From assembly GCA_964475005.1 (NCBI GenBank), contig CAYYUZ010000002.1, positions 9,272 through 73,271 on the forward strand: 64,000 nt of DNA, given 5' to 3'. The translations under genes and the position numbers were made by a program. Below the pieces are notes generated by a model that made no database searches, had not been told where the DNA came from, and saw only the letters and a program-made list of their open reading frames with translations. This document shows, one piece after another, positions 10,162-20,180 of this stretch; position 1 is the first letter of the stretch; each line of letters opens with the position of its first letter. This stretch comes from an uncultured Spirochaetales bacterium (lineage in GTDB: Bacteria > Spirochaetota > Spirochaetia > JABEVK01).

Positions 10162-11464
10162 ATCGAGAACTCGACCAGGCAGGGTCGCCCCCGGCGAGCG
10201 CGATGTTCGCGCGGCGAGCGTCGACGCTCGTGAGGAACTTTTCCGGGGTGATGGCACCGGCCAGCATCTGCTCAAAGTCGGCCTCGATTTCCATCCACTG
10301 AGCCATCATGTACTTGACCCCGCCCTGAAATGGTTCTCCACCAAAGTGCGTCTTTGTCAGAAACCCCTCTTCATTGGACTGCAAGCGAACCGGTTTTGTG
10401 GGGAACGACAGGCTGGTTCCCTCTGGTTGGAGAGCCGCGTAGCGGTCAAGGTTTTCCTGCCTCGTGAGAAAGCGGAAGAACTGGCGGACAGCCTCGGGAT
10501 CATGGCTCTTGGCGTTGCCGAACCAGGTGGGTGCCGACCGCTCGATGCTGACCGTTTGGTTGTCCAGCCAGGGAATGGGGAACATTCCCCAGGTTTCGGC
10601 CCCCGAGTCAGGGTTTGTTTTGAGCACGCTCCTCGAGAATCCGATCTTGTTGAGCGTCATCGCGGCGCTACCGGAAATCAAGGCCGTCTTGGCTCCCTCG
10701 ATGGTGTTGGCCATGAAGTTCTGCCCAAAGTACCCCCGATTCATCGCGTCTTTGATCTGGCTCAAAGCAAGCAAGAACGGTTTGTAGCCTGCAAAAGTTT
10801 GGCGGTTGGTGTTGAGGCGTTCGTAGAGTCCCGGGTCCCGCTCTTCAAACGTCGAGCCCATCTCGAAGAACGTGAGCGAGGAGTGCCATCGACTGGCGCC
10901 CGGTTCGTAGATTGGGGTGATCCCCGCCCTTTTCAGAGCCTCGCAGGCGGCCAGAAACTCTTCGGTGTTCCGGGGCACTTTGAGGCCTAGTCTGTCGAAG
11001 ACACGATTGTTGTAGGTGAACACCCAGCCTGTGTTGTCGTCCCAGAGAACCAGACCGTATACCCTTCCCTGGCGCTCCACCGTGGGCAGCCACTGGGGTT
11101 TGAGCCGGTGGGTCCATTCCTCGTCGGTCAGATCGAGACAGGATTTCAGAGGATCAAGCTCAGTGTTTAGATACCAGCGGGTCGATTGCATCAGGAAGAT
11201 GTCTGTGCCCTCGCCCGAGTCGAGGATGGTCCCCAAAGCGCGGAAGTAGACATGGGGCGCGAAGATGGAAAACGAGACCTTGATGCCGGTTTCCTTCTCG
11301 AAGAGTTTGGCGTTCTCGCCTATGACATCGTAGATCCAGCCATCCGAAGCCATGACCGTGATCTTCCTCGGCTCCCGCTGGGCCGGCTCGGGGGCCTTCC
11401 AAGGGCCGCACGCCGAGAGGATCAGCGCGAGGCCGAAAAGAACGAGGAGAACGGAGGTCTTCAC
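10142..11464 (-). CDS. ABC-type solute-binding lipoprotein (sugar-binding family 1)
   Basis: Lipoprotein signal MKTSVLLVLFGLALILSACG and SBP-like sequence. GTG start. Lies downstream of GH31 on the same strand. Confidence 0.8.
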   Translation of the reverse strand: MKTSVLLVLFGLALILSACGPWKAPEPAQREPRKITVMASDGWIYDVIGENAKLFEKETGIKVSFSIFAPHVYFRALGTILDSGEGTDIFLMQSTRWYLNTELDPLKSCLDLTDEEWTHRLKPQWLPTVERQGRVYGLVLWDDNTGWVFTYNNRVFDRLGLKVPRNTEEFLAACEALKRAGITPIYEPGASRWHSSLTFFEMGSTFEERDPGLYERLNTNRQTFAGYKPFLLALSQIKDAMNRGYFGQNFMANTIEGAKTALISGSAAMTLNKIGFSRSVLKTNPDSGAETWGMFPIPWLDNQTVSIERSAPTWFGNAKSHDPEAVRQFFRFLTRQENLDRYAALQPEGTSLSFPTKPVRLQSNEEGFLTKTHFGGEPFQGGVKYMMAQWMEIEADFEQMLAGAITPEKFLTSVDARRANIALAGGDPAWSSSRSRAETP

Positions 11465-11471
11465 GTCACCA

Positions 11472-13958
11472 TCATACCACGGGTCTCGGACGATCCGAGG
11501 CCTCGGGAATTACCACACGGCAAGCCATTCCCTCGTACACAATGGCTGTGACCGCACACCCGGCAACCTGAACCCTGAATTCGATCTCGGTAGGCATGCC
11601 TGGCCAGGTTCCCTGCCGAACTCCGAAGGAAAGGATTCGATTGGCATCGTCCCAAGCCAGGGCAATCGTCGACCATTGTCCGTCTTCGCAGGCCAAGGTC
11701 TCTGCGTCGTCCTGATACAGGGTGAAACTACCGTCGGCGCCAGGGTAGATTTGGAGCGAGAATTGGCCTTCACCAAGGTCTGCGGTGGTTTGCACCGGAT
11801 CCGCCATGGGAAGGATGGAACCGTCGCGTACGTACAAAGGAAGGGTTTCGAGCGGTGCGGAGGCCTCAATCGTCTGACCGCCCTCGTACCGACGCTGGGT
11901 CCAGAAATCCCACCACCCCGTCCCCTCGGGCAAGTACACCGTGCGCGACTGGCCGCCATCCCTAATGGGAACCGTCACCGGGCAAACCAACAGCTCCCTT
12001 CCCACAAGAAACTCATCCTTGAGGTCCAAAACGCGGGGGTCGTCGGGAAAGTCGAAAGCCAGCAGCCGCATCAGAGTCCCGGCTTCGCGTGTCGCCGCGG
12101 CGGCCAAAGAGTACCAGTAGGGAACCAAGGCGTACCTCAGTTTCAAGAATCGGGCGAGGGCATCGTACACAGGCTCACCGGGTTCCCCAAAACACCAGAC
12201 CTCCCGACGCGTGTCGGTTCCGTGTGCCCGGAACATGGGCAAGAAAGCCGCAAACTGAAACCAGCGAACGTAGAGCTCGCGGTACTCAGGATCTCGGTTG
12301 CCTTCCTCGTACAATCCATCCCAGAACCAGTACTTGCCGCGCTTGGTGAAGAAGGCGCCAATATCGCAGGTCCAGTAAGGGAGACCCGAAGCTGAGAAAC
12401 CCAGTCCCGCCGGAATCTGCTGCTTCAGGGCCTCCCACGATGCGGAACTATCCCCCGACCAAAGGATGGCTCCAAAGCGCTGTTGCCCAGCCCAGCCGCT
12501 GCGGGTTAGGTTGACCACGCGCTTGGTACGCGTCTGCGCCCTCTGCCCTTCGTCGATTCCCCTGGCGTGCCACAAGGCAAAGGCGTTCGTGCGCTCTTCG
12601 TCGATCCAGGTCCGCGCGGTTTCGAAGAACTCGCGGTAGTTTCGATCGGGTTCCGGTCGAACGACTAGGTTCCATTCAGGGGTGAAAGGCTCACAGGAGT
12701 CGGCCCACCATCCGTCGATTCCGTGAACGAACAGACCGCGACGGGCTTGCTCCCAGTACGCTTTGCGGGCGGGTGCCGAAAAGGCGTTGTAGATCTCCGA
12801 CACGGGAAACAGATGCCCCTGGTCCTTCAGTTCCTGATGATCTGGCGCCGAAGGGTCCATTGTCGGCCAGATGGAGATCATCATCTTGGCACCAAGAGCG
12901 TGGAGCTCGTCGGTCAGCGCCTTGGGGTCGGGAAACCTTTTTGCATCGAAGCTCTTTTGTCCCCACTGGCCTTCGATCCACGAAAGCCAGTCCAAAACAA
13001 TGGCGTCAAGGGAAAGCCCTCGACGGCGGTACTCCTTGACCGTGTCGAGCATCTCCTTCTGGGTTTCGTAGCGTTCCTGGCACTGAATGTAGCCAAAGCA
13101 CCATCGGGGCAACATAGAGGCCTCTCCGGTCAGCGCCCGGTACCCGGCCACCACGGCGTCGAGATTGTCGCCCTGAATGAAATAGTAGGCCGGTTGTTCC
13201 ACGGCTTCGAGGAACACGTATGAACCGTTCTCGGTGTCGTTGAAAATCATAGGGGCCGCCGTGTCGAAGAGCAGACCGTAGCCACGGGTTGAGACCAGCA
13301 GAGGCATCGCGATCTTGCGGTTGGCCTGATGAATGTACTGGCGGGAGCCCCTCAGGTTGAGCACGCCGTTGTCGTGCTGCCCCAGTCCGTAGAGGGCCTC
13401 GTCAGTTGCCCACTGCCACGAAAACCGAGCACGGTACAGAAACTTGCGGAATGCCCGCTTCGGCTCCGAGACCACGTCCTTCCAGCCGTCAGGCGTCTCG
13501 ATCTTGCTGACCTTGGACTCCTCGAACACGGTCCGCATCGACTCGAAGCGCTCGAGCGCCTTCCCTTCTCGCTCAGGCTCCTTCAGGAGACACGTGCCTT
13601 CGGAATCGAAGAAGGCCATGGCGCCCGTTCCGCGGCAAATGCTCAGCCGCAGCTTCTGGGTCTCCACGAGGATGGAATCGCCCGTCTCAACTTTCCATTC
13701 AGGGTCCACTCCCTTTTGGGGAATCGTTTCCAGAGCCGGCTGGCCCCAATCCCCTCCTTCAATGACGGCGATGCGGAAGATCGAATCGGTGATCGGCTGA
13801 ACTCGAATCATTCCGGCTGCCGTCTCCAGATCGACCCAGTGGGAGGACTTTCTGACGGCGAGAATTTCGTGGGTCGGACGCGGTTGGGCTTGAAGCATAT
13901 TGACAGGATACGGGCCTCTGAGGCCGCCGACTGCCAACTTTCCACCAAGTTTTGACAC
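11472..13958 (-). CDS. glycoside hydrolase family 31 (alpha-glucosidase / alpha-xylosidase-like)
   Basis: GH31-like nucleophile region GIDGWWADSCEP and WSGDSSASWEAL acid/base region. 828 aa. GTG start at 13958 is uncertain; alternative ATG at 13898. Confidence 0.8.
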   Translation of the reverse strand: MSKLGGKLAVGGLRGPYPVNMLQAQPRPTHEILAVRKSSHWVDLETAAGMIRVQPITDSIFRIAVIEGGDWGQPALETIPQKGVDPEWKVETGDSILVETQKLRLSICRGTGAMAFFDSEGTCLLKEPEREGKALERFESMRTVFEESKVSKIETPDGWKDVVSEPKRAFRKFLYRARFSWQWATDEALYGLGQHDNGVLNLRGSRQYIHQANRKIAMPLLVSTRGYGLLFDTAAPMIFNDTENGSYVFLEAVEQPAYYFIQGDNLDAVVAGYRALTGEASMLPRWCFGYIQCQERYETQKEMLDTVKEYRRRGLSLDAIVLDWLSWIEGQWGQKSFDAKRFPDPKALTDELHALGAKMMISIWPTMDPSAPDHQELKDQGHLFPVSEIYNAFSAPARKAYWEQARRGLFVHGIDGWWADSCEPFTPEWNLVVRPEPDRNYREFFETARTWIDEERTNAFALWHARGIDEGQRAQTRTKRVVNLTRSGWAGQQRFGAILWSGDSSASWEALKQQIPAGLGFSASGLPYWTCDIGAFFTKRGKYWFWDGLYEEGNRDPEYRELYVRWFQFAAFLPMFRAHGTDTRREVWCFGEPGEPVYDALARFLKLRYALVPYWYSLAAAATREAGTLMRLLAFDFPDDPRVLDLKDEFLVGRELLVCPVTVPIRDGGQSRTVYLPEGTGWWDFWTQRRYEGGQTIEASAPLETLPLYVRDGSILPMADPVQTTADLGEGQFSLQIYPGADGSFTLYQDDAETLACEDGQWSTIALAWDDANRILSFGVRQGTWPGMPTEIEFRVQVAGCAVTAIVYEGMACRVVIPEASDRPRPVV

Positions 13959-13986
13959 AATACGATCAATCCACTATCCTGGCCCC

Positions 13987-14874
13987 ATGCACCAGTACCG
14001 ATTCCGGGAGCGCCTCGAGCACGGCGACCAGGACCGTCCTTGGCACCTGTATTCACTCCCAGCCGTTCAGGGAAGCGTCTTTCCCTGCCACTGGCACCCT
14101 GAATGGGAACTTCTAATCGTGGAACGAGGAACAATGGTTCTGACCCGTAATCAGGACACCCAGGTCCTCAGGACGGGCGAAGCGGTTTTCCTCACGGGCG
14201 CTGACCTTCACACCGGGAACAGCGACGACCCCAAACTTCTGGTTCACGCCCTGGTCTTCCGTTCGGAACACTTGCGTTCTGAACGCAAAGACGCCGCAAC
14301 AAGTCACTGGGTGGGGCCCCTGGAAACTGCCCGTTCCTGGGTGCCGGGAGTCCTTTCGGCGCAAAGCCCTCCCGCGCTGCTGGCCAAGAAGCTCGTCGAA
14401 GTCATCGTGGGCAACGCCGCTGGAACGGAATTGGCGGTGAAGGGACTGCTTTTGCAGCTAATGGCCGCCCTTGTCGAGTCCAACCTCATCGAGCCGTGCC
14501 CACAGCCGCCTTCCCCGGATGCGATACCAACAATCCGCGGAGTCCTTCAATGGATCGAGGAGCACTTCGCCGATCGCTTGACCGTTGATCTCTTGGCCAC
14601 CAGGTCAGGCCTCAGCCCGTCGCATTTTTCCCGCTTGTTCAAGACTTTCACAGGAGACTCGGTCATCCGCTACCTCATTACTCGCCGAATCGCCGAAGCG
14701 GCCAGGCTCCTCAGAAGTGGTCAAACAACGGTCAGCGAGGCGGCACTCCGGGTGGGATTTACCAACTTCAGCTATTTCACGCGAACGTTTCGATCGTACC
14801 AAGGGGTCAAACCGTCGGAGACCGTGGGAAAATCGAGGCCTTTCGGATCAACCTCCTCCACCTCCATCCCTTGA
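13987..14874 (+). CDS. AraC family transcriptional regulator (cupin plus HTH)
   Basis: C-terminal AraC HTH (LSPSHFSRLFKTFTGDSVIRYLITRRIAEAARLL) and N-terminal cupin-like HWHPEWELLIV. ATG 13987. Confidence 0.8.
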   Translation: MHQYRFRERLEHGDQDRPWHLYSLPAVQGSVFPCHWHPEWELLIVERGTMVLTRNQDTQVLRTGEAVFLTGADLHTGNSDDPKLLVHALVFRSEHLRSERKDAATSHWVGPLETARSWVPGVLSAQSPPALLAKKLVEVIVGNAAGTELAVKGLLLQLMAALVESNLIEPCPQPPSPDAIPTIRGVLQWIEEHFADRLTVDLLATRSGLSPSHFSRLFKTFTGDSVIRYLITRRIAEAARLLRSGQTTVSEAALRVGFTNFSYFTRTFRSYQGVKPSETVGKSRPFGSTSSTSIP

Positions 14875-14974
14875 ACTTTCTCTACCAGCAAGGTAGTTTT
14901 TTATTGGGATTAAGAAATGCAGCAACTCCTTTGGGCATCTTTAGCGCCATCGATCCAGAGACAGTGGGTCACCC

Positions 14975-16525
14975 ATGGCTGAGGCGGCCCCCCAGACCCT
15001 GACCCCCGACGGTCTGGATCATCGACATTGGCTCGTCCCCGTTTTGGTCACCTTGATCGGCGTGTTCATGTCCATCCTCGACTCGAGCATCGTCAATGTG
15101 GCGATCTCGACCATCATGAATGTTTTCAATACAGACACGGCGGGCGTTGAGTGGGTTTCGACGGCCTACATGCTAGCGATGGGAATGGTCATCCCCCTCA
15201 GTGGTTGGATAGGCGACAAGATCGGTCTCAAACGCCTCTACCTTTCCTGTATGATCGCCTTCACTCTGGGTTCCCTCTTGTGCGCGGTCGCCTGGAGCAT
15301 CGAAAGTCTGATCGCCGCCAGGGTCATCCAAGCCCTCGGCGGCGGAATGATGATGCCGACGGTCATGGCCATGATCTACCGCCTCGTTCCCCGAGAACAA
15401 ATGGGCGCGGGAATGGGAATCTTCGGTGTCGGTCTGTTCGTGGCTCCTGCCTTGGGCCCCACTCTCGGAGGATGGCTTGTCGAGTACGTCGACTGGCGCT
15501 GGATCTTCACCATCAATCTTCCCGTCGGAATCCTTGGGAGCCTCCTGGGATGGTTTCTGATCCCCGAATTCAAGCAAGCCAAGGTCGGACGACTCGATAT
15601 TCCGGGGGCGATCACGGCCGCGGCAGGATTCGCGGGGGTTCTCTATGTGCTCTCGAAGGGCAACCAATGGGGTTGGAGTTCCGAGGCGACCATTGTGACG
15701 CTGGTGGCCAGCCTTGGGTTGCTGACCATTTTCGTCCTCATTGAGATCTGGTACCCCGAACCCCTTCTTGACCTGAGTGTCTTCCGCTACCCGAGTTTCA
15801 CCTTTGCCAACATCACTGTCGTGATTACCACGATCGGTCTGTTTGCAGGACTGTTTTATATTCCCATCTTCCTTCAAACCATTCGAGGTCTTGGGGCCCT
15901 GCAAACGGGAATGCTCATGCTTCCCGGGGCGGCGGCCTCGGCCGTAATGATGCCGATCACCGGTAAGATCTACGACAGATTCGGCCCGAGGATCATCATG
16001 ATCACAGGCCTTCTTGGACTGACCTTCTTGACCCTCCAGTTTGCCACCATCAGCGTCGTTACAAGCCTGGCGACCGTGGTCACCTGGATGGCCTTCCGAG
16101 GCATGACCATGAGTCTGGCCAGTATGCCGGCCCAAACCGCGGCCTTGGCCGACCTTCCCATGAACTTGATCAGCCGGGCCACCTCCGTTTCCTCAATCAT
16201 CCGAAACCTTGCCAGCTCGTTTGGCATAGCCGTGATGACGGTTCTCCTGAATCAGAGGATGACGTTTCACCACGCCAGAATCTCCGATTCCTTGAGTCCC
16301 GACAACGCGGCCTTTTGTGATTTTCTGAGAGGAAACCCCGAGATCGGTTCAACCATGGTTACGGGGAGGGTGGCCCAGCAGTCTTTTGTGTTCGCCATCC
16401 AGGACATCTTCATCTTCACGGCAGTCCTGACACTCCTGGCTTTGATTCCGGTGATGTTCCTGAAGAAACAGCGGAAAGCCCCCGGAAGCTCTCCTTCACC
16501 TGCTCCGCGACCCAAATCCAACTAA
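14975..16525 (+). CDS. MFS transporter, DHA2 (EmrB/QacA) family, 14 TM segments
   Basis: Typical DHA2 N-terminus (ILDSSIVNVAISTI..., GWIGDKIGLKRLY) and about 14 hydrophobic segments. Confidence 0.85.
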   Translation: MAEAAPQTLTPDGLDHRHWLVPVLVTLIGVFMSILDSSIVNVAISTIMNVFNTDTAGVEWVSTAYMLAMGMVIPLSGWIGDKIGLKRLYLSCMIAFTLGSLLCAVAWSIESLIAARVIQALGGGMMMPTVMAMIYRLVPREQMGAGMGIFGVGLFVAPALGPTLGGWLVEYVDWRWIFTINLPVGILGSLLGWFLIPEFKQAKVGRLDIPGAITAAAGFAGVLYVLSKGNQWGWSSEATIVTLVASLGLLTIFVLIEIWYPEPLLDLSVFRYPSFTFANITVVITTIGLFAGLFYIPIFLQTIRGLGALQTGMLMLPGAAASAVMMPITGKIYDRFGPRIIMITGLLGLTFLTLQFATISVVTSLATVVTWMAFRGMTMSLASMPAQTAALADLPMNLISRATSVSSIIRNLASSFGIAVMTVLLNQRMTFHHARISDSLSPDNAAFCDFLRGNPEIGSTMVTGRVAQQSFVFAIQDIFIFTAVLTLLALIPVMFLKKQRKAPGSSPSPAPRPKSN

Positions 16526-16686
16526 AACCAAGCGTTCAGAAGATCCTTTCGGGGTCGCAAAGCTCTGAAAATCGGAGTGTGCCATCCCAGTCCGCTTCCT
16601 CAGCGTTGCATGGTCACCTTCACTTCAAGGGCAGACCGATAGACAACGCCAGGAAGACGCAACGGGATGGCTTTCACGACTTTGAG

Positions 16687-17262
16687 CTAGAGTTGCGTTG
16701 ACCAGTTGTCCCTGCAAAGGAATTCGAGAAGCGGGTCGATTCCTGTGAATTCGGCGTGTCTCCTGTCTGGCCACTGGGCAACGTAGATTGGAGCTGCCGT
16801 CGGGAGGGTCTCGGCGACATGCTTCCAATAGTGAAGCTCGCGGCGGTCTTCTTCCAGGGAGGCTCCGTCCAACGCCAATTCATCAAGGTCGGTGGGAATC
16901 TTCCGGGTGGGAGGCGCGTCTCGAAACCTGAACGACAGGAGAAATCGCTCAGTTGGCAACTGCCTTTTGGAGACTTCGATCTGGTGGCCGTCGATAATGA
17001 AGTCGTAGGAGACACGACCCTCGTACTCGGCTTCGAGCTCTTCGGCGTCTTGTCTCACAATAAACCCCAGCGCATGCAACTCCGCGGCGGCGGCGTCAAG
17101 AAAGTCCTTGATCGCTCGATCACAAAGCGACTTCTCAACCTCCTTCACCCCATGAACGAGCTTCGCAATCTCAGCTCGAACAGCCCTGGCTTCGTCGCGA
17201 AAGGCCGAATGCTCGTCGGCTCTTAGTTTTTCGCTCGTGATACTTCCCTGGAACGTGCCCAT
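16687..17262 (-). CDS. hypothetical protein (191 aa)
   Basis: Clean ORF convergent with the MFS gene and divergent from ppdK. No recognisable motif. Confidence 0.5.
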   Translation of the reverse strand: MGTFQGSITSEKLRADEHSAFRDEARAVRAEIAKLVHGVKEVEKSLCDRAIKDFLDAAAAELHALGFIVRQDAEELEAEYEGRVSYDFIIDGHQIEVSKRQLPTERFLLSFRFRDAPPTRKIPTDLDELALDGASLEEDRRELHYWKHVAETLPTAAPIYVAQWPDRRHAEFTGIDPLLEFLCRDNWSTQL

Positions 17263-17473
17263 TTTGGCCTCCCGTATTCCCCCTCTCGGCTTCTCAGGGC
17301 AAATTTTACACCCGGTATCCAGGTTTTACAAGGATAAACTCTTCATAACCCCTTGACACCGACAAAGAGGCGCAAAACCACTCTTGACGGAAGTTAATCC
17401 TAGTACGAAAATGGAATCGGTCCAACGATAGGACGTGCTGCGACGGAAGCCTTGATGGACCGGGAGGTCAACT

Positions 17474-20161
17474 GTGGGCGAAGTCAGAAAATATGTTTTC
17501 TCTTTTGGGGCCGGTCGGGCTGAGGGCTCGGGCTCAATGAAGGCTCTTTTGGGCGGTAAGGGTGCGGGTTTGGCCGAAATGACCAATATCGGCCTTCCGG
17601 TTCCTGCCGGATTTACCCTGACGACAGAGGTCTGCGACCTCTACTATAAGAATGACAAGAAGTATCCGGAACAGCTGAAGGAACAGGTTGCCGATCACCT
17701 GGCCCGACTGGAAGCCACCACCGGCAAATCCTTTGGAAACCCCGACAATCCGCTACTGGTGTCGGTACGGTCGGGAGCGCAGATCTCGATGCCCGGCATG
17801 ATGGAGACCATCTTGAACCTCGGCCTCAACGACAAGAGCGTGGAAGGGCTGGCTGTTCGCACCGGAAACCGCAGGTTTGCGCTCGATGCCTATCGAAGGT
17901 TCATTTCCATGTATGGATCCACAGCGCGGGGGATTTCGTCTGAGGAATTCGATCTGGCCTTTCAAGACGTCAAGAATAGCATGACCCGAACCAGGCTTGG
18001 AGCCAAGGCGGGGAAGCGAATCCAAGACAGCGAAGTCAACGAAGCCGAGTTCGACGCGCTCATTCCCCGCTACAAGACCATCTATCGGGAACATACCAAG
18101 GAAGCTTTTCCGCAGGACCCTCAGGTTCAACTCTGGGGAGCGATCGCGGCCGTCTTCAATAGCTGGTCGGCCCCCAAGGCCGTGACCTACCGAGAGGTGG
18201 AGAAGATCACTAACCTTGCGGGAACAGCCGTCAGTGTCGTCCAAATGGTGTTCGGAAACCTTGCCAACCATTCGGGTACGGGCGTTTGTTTCACCCGTGA
18301 CCCCAACCGCGGCGACAACATCTTCTATGGGGACTACCTGCCCAACGCTCAAGGCGAGGATGTCGTGGCCGGAATTCGAACACCGATGACCCTGTCGGAT
18401 TTTGAGAGGACGGAGCCGGAATCCTACCGCCAGCTCGTCGAGGTTCGACGTCGGCTCGAAGGACACTATCGTGACATGCAGGATCTTGAATTCACTGTCG
18501 AGGAAGGCACGCTTTACATGTTGCAGTGCCGGACAGGCAAACGCTCGCCATCGGCCGCCTTCCAAATCGCCGTCGACATGGTGAAAGAAGGCTTGATTAG
18601 CAAGGCTGAAGCCGTGCTTCGAATCCGAGACAAAGATGTCGAAGGCCTGTTCTACCCGGTCATCGACTCTTCGAAAAAAGACGCCATGAAGGACGCCTGG
18701 CTGGTTCAAGGCATCGACGCGGTGCCTGGTGCTGCGGCCGGCCGCGTGGTGTTCACGGCCAAAGACGCCGAACAATGGACGGCGCGGGGAGAGGCTGTCA
18801 TCTTGGTTCGCCGAGAAACCAGCCCCGAAGACGTCGGCGGCATGCATTCCGCCAAAGGAATTCTCACCGCGACGGGGGGAAAGACCAGTCACGCCGCCGT
18901 TGTCGCCAGAGGTTGGGGACGGTGTTGTATTGTCGGTTGTGAGGCTCTGGAGGTCGACTACGAAGACAAGCTGTTCCATGTGGGAAACGTCGTAGTTCGT
19001 GAGGGCGACGAAATTACCCTCAACGGATCAACGGGAGACGTCTACCGCGGACGCCTGGAGCTCATTCAACCTCAACCGTCAGAAGCCTTTGGGACGCTGA
19101 TGAGTTGGGCCGACTCGTTCCGAAGTCTGCAAGTCCGGGCCAACGTGGACACGCCCTACGACGCGGTCAAGGCCAGGGAATTTGGGGCCCAGGGTGTCGG
19201 CCTATGCCGAACCGAACACATGTTCTTCGACTCCGAAGAGAGGATCTTGTCCATCCGCAAGATGATCGTTGCCGAATCCTCGCAAGAACGGACCAAGGCA
19301 CTTGAGACGCTCTTGCCGCTTCAGCGAGAGGACTTTGCCGGTATCTTCCGGGCGATGGACGGACTTCCCGTCACGATTCGCCTCATCGATCCGCCGCTCC
19401 ACGAGTTCGTTCCTCACGACGAGGCCGGACAGCGGGGGTTGGCCAAGGCGACAGGCAAGACCTTTGAGGCCGTGCACGCGCACATCGAACGGCTCCATGA
19501 ACAGAACCCCATGCTGGGGCACCGTGGCTGCCGCTTGTGCATCACCTATCCAGAAATCCTCGACATGCAGGTCACGGCCATCATCGAGGCGGCCCTGATT
19601 TGTGTCAAAGAAGGCTTGACGGTGCATCCGGAAATCATGCATCCGCTCATTATTGATAGGCGTGAATTTGCCTACCTTGAGGCACGCACCCGGCTGGTCG
19701 CCGACGCCCTGATCAAAAAATCGGGACTGAAGCTCGACTACTTGGTGGGAGCCATGATCGAGACGCCCCGTGCTGCGCTACTTTCCGACACCATCGCCGA
19801 ACGGGCGGAGTTCTTCTCGTTTGGAACCAACGACTTGACCCAAATGACGATGGGAATCTCGCGCGACGACGCGGGCCGGTTCTTGCCAGACTACGTCGAC
19901 GAACACAGGGCGGCCATCTTCCGCCATGATCCGTTCTACACTCTGGACCAAGAGGGTGTGGGAAAACTCATCGTCATGGCCATCGACCAGGCCCGCCGCG
20001 TTCGCACGGGAATCAAGATTGGCATCTGTGGGGAACACGGAGGAGAGATGGAGTCGGTGAAGTTCTGCCACAAAGTCGGCATGAACTATGTCTCCTGCTC
20101 GCCCTACCGGGTCGCGATTGCCAGATTGGCCGCCGGCCAGGCTTCCATACCGACCCGCTGA
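17474..20161 (+). CDS. ppdK: pyruvate, phosphate dikinase
   Basis: N-terminal ATP-grasp GGKGAGLAEMTNIGLPVPAGFT, phospho-histidine domain GGKTSHAAVVARGWGRCCIVGC, C-terminal PEP-utilising TIM domain. GTG start with GGGAGG RBS. Confidence 0.95.
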   Translation: MGEVRKYVFSFGAGRAEGSGSMKALLGGKGAGLAEMTNIGLPVPAGFTLTTEVCDLYYKNDKKYPEQLKEQVADHLARLEATTGKSFGNPDNPLLVSVRSGAQISMPGMMETILNLGLNDKSVEGLAVRTGNRRFALDAYRRFISMYGSTARGISSEEFDLAFQDVKNSMTRTRLGAKAGKRIQDSEVNEAEFDALIPRYKTIYREHTKEAFPQDPQVQLWGAIAAVFNSWSAPKAVTYREVEKITNLAGTAVSVVQMVFGNLANHSGTGVCFTRDPNRGDNIFYGDYLPNAQGEDVVAGIRTPMTLSDFERTEPESYRQLVEVRRRLEGHYRDMQDLEFTVEEGTLYMLQCRTGKRSPSAAFQIAVDMVKEGLISKAEAVLRIRDKDVEGLFYPVIDSSKKDAMKDAWLVQGIDAVPGAAAGRVVFTAKDAEQWTARGEAVILVRRETSPEDVGGMHSAKGILTATGGKTSHAAVVARGWGRCCIVGCEALEVDYEDKLFHVGNVVVREGDEITLNGSTGDVYRGRLELIQPQPSEAFGTLMSWADSFRSLQVRANVDTPYDAVKAREFGAQGVGLCRTEHMFFDSEERILSIRKMIVAESSQERTKALETLLPLQREDFAGIFRAMDGLPVTIRLIDPPLHEFVPHDEAGQRGLAKATGKTFEAVHAHIERLHEQNPMLGHRGCRLCITYPEILDMQVTAIIEAALICVKEGLTVHPEIMHPLIIDRREFAYLEARTRLVADALIKKSGLKLDYLVGAMIETPRAALLSDTIAERAEFFSFGTNDLTQMTMGISRDDAGRFLPDYVDEHRAAIFRHDPFYTLDQEGVGKLIVMAIDQARRVRTGIKIGICGEHGGEMESVKFCHKVGMNYVSCSPYRVAIARLAAGQASIPTR

Positions 20162-20180
20162 CGATAAGGAGTCGCTGCCA

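Noticed and set aside
16526-17473. Longer intergenic stretches checked for tRNA, ncRNA or CRISPR-like repeats (also 29023..29435, 42697..42839, 57772..58008)
   Set aside because: No cloverleaf-compatible GC-rich stems with a T-loop consensus, no tandem direct repeats with spacers, and no rRNA-like conserved blocks were seen. These regions look like AT-enriched promoter DNA.
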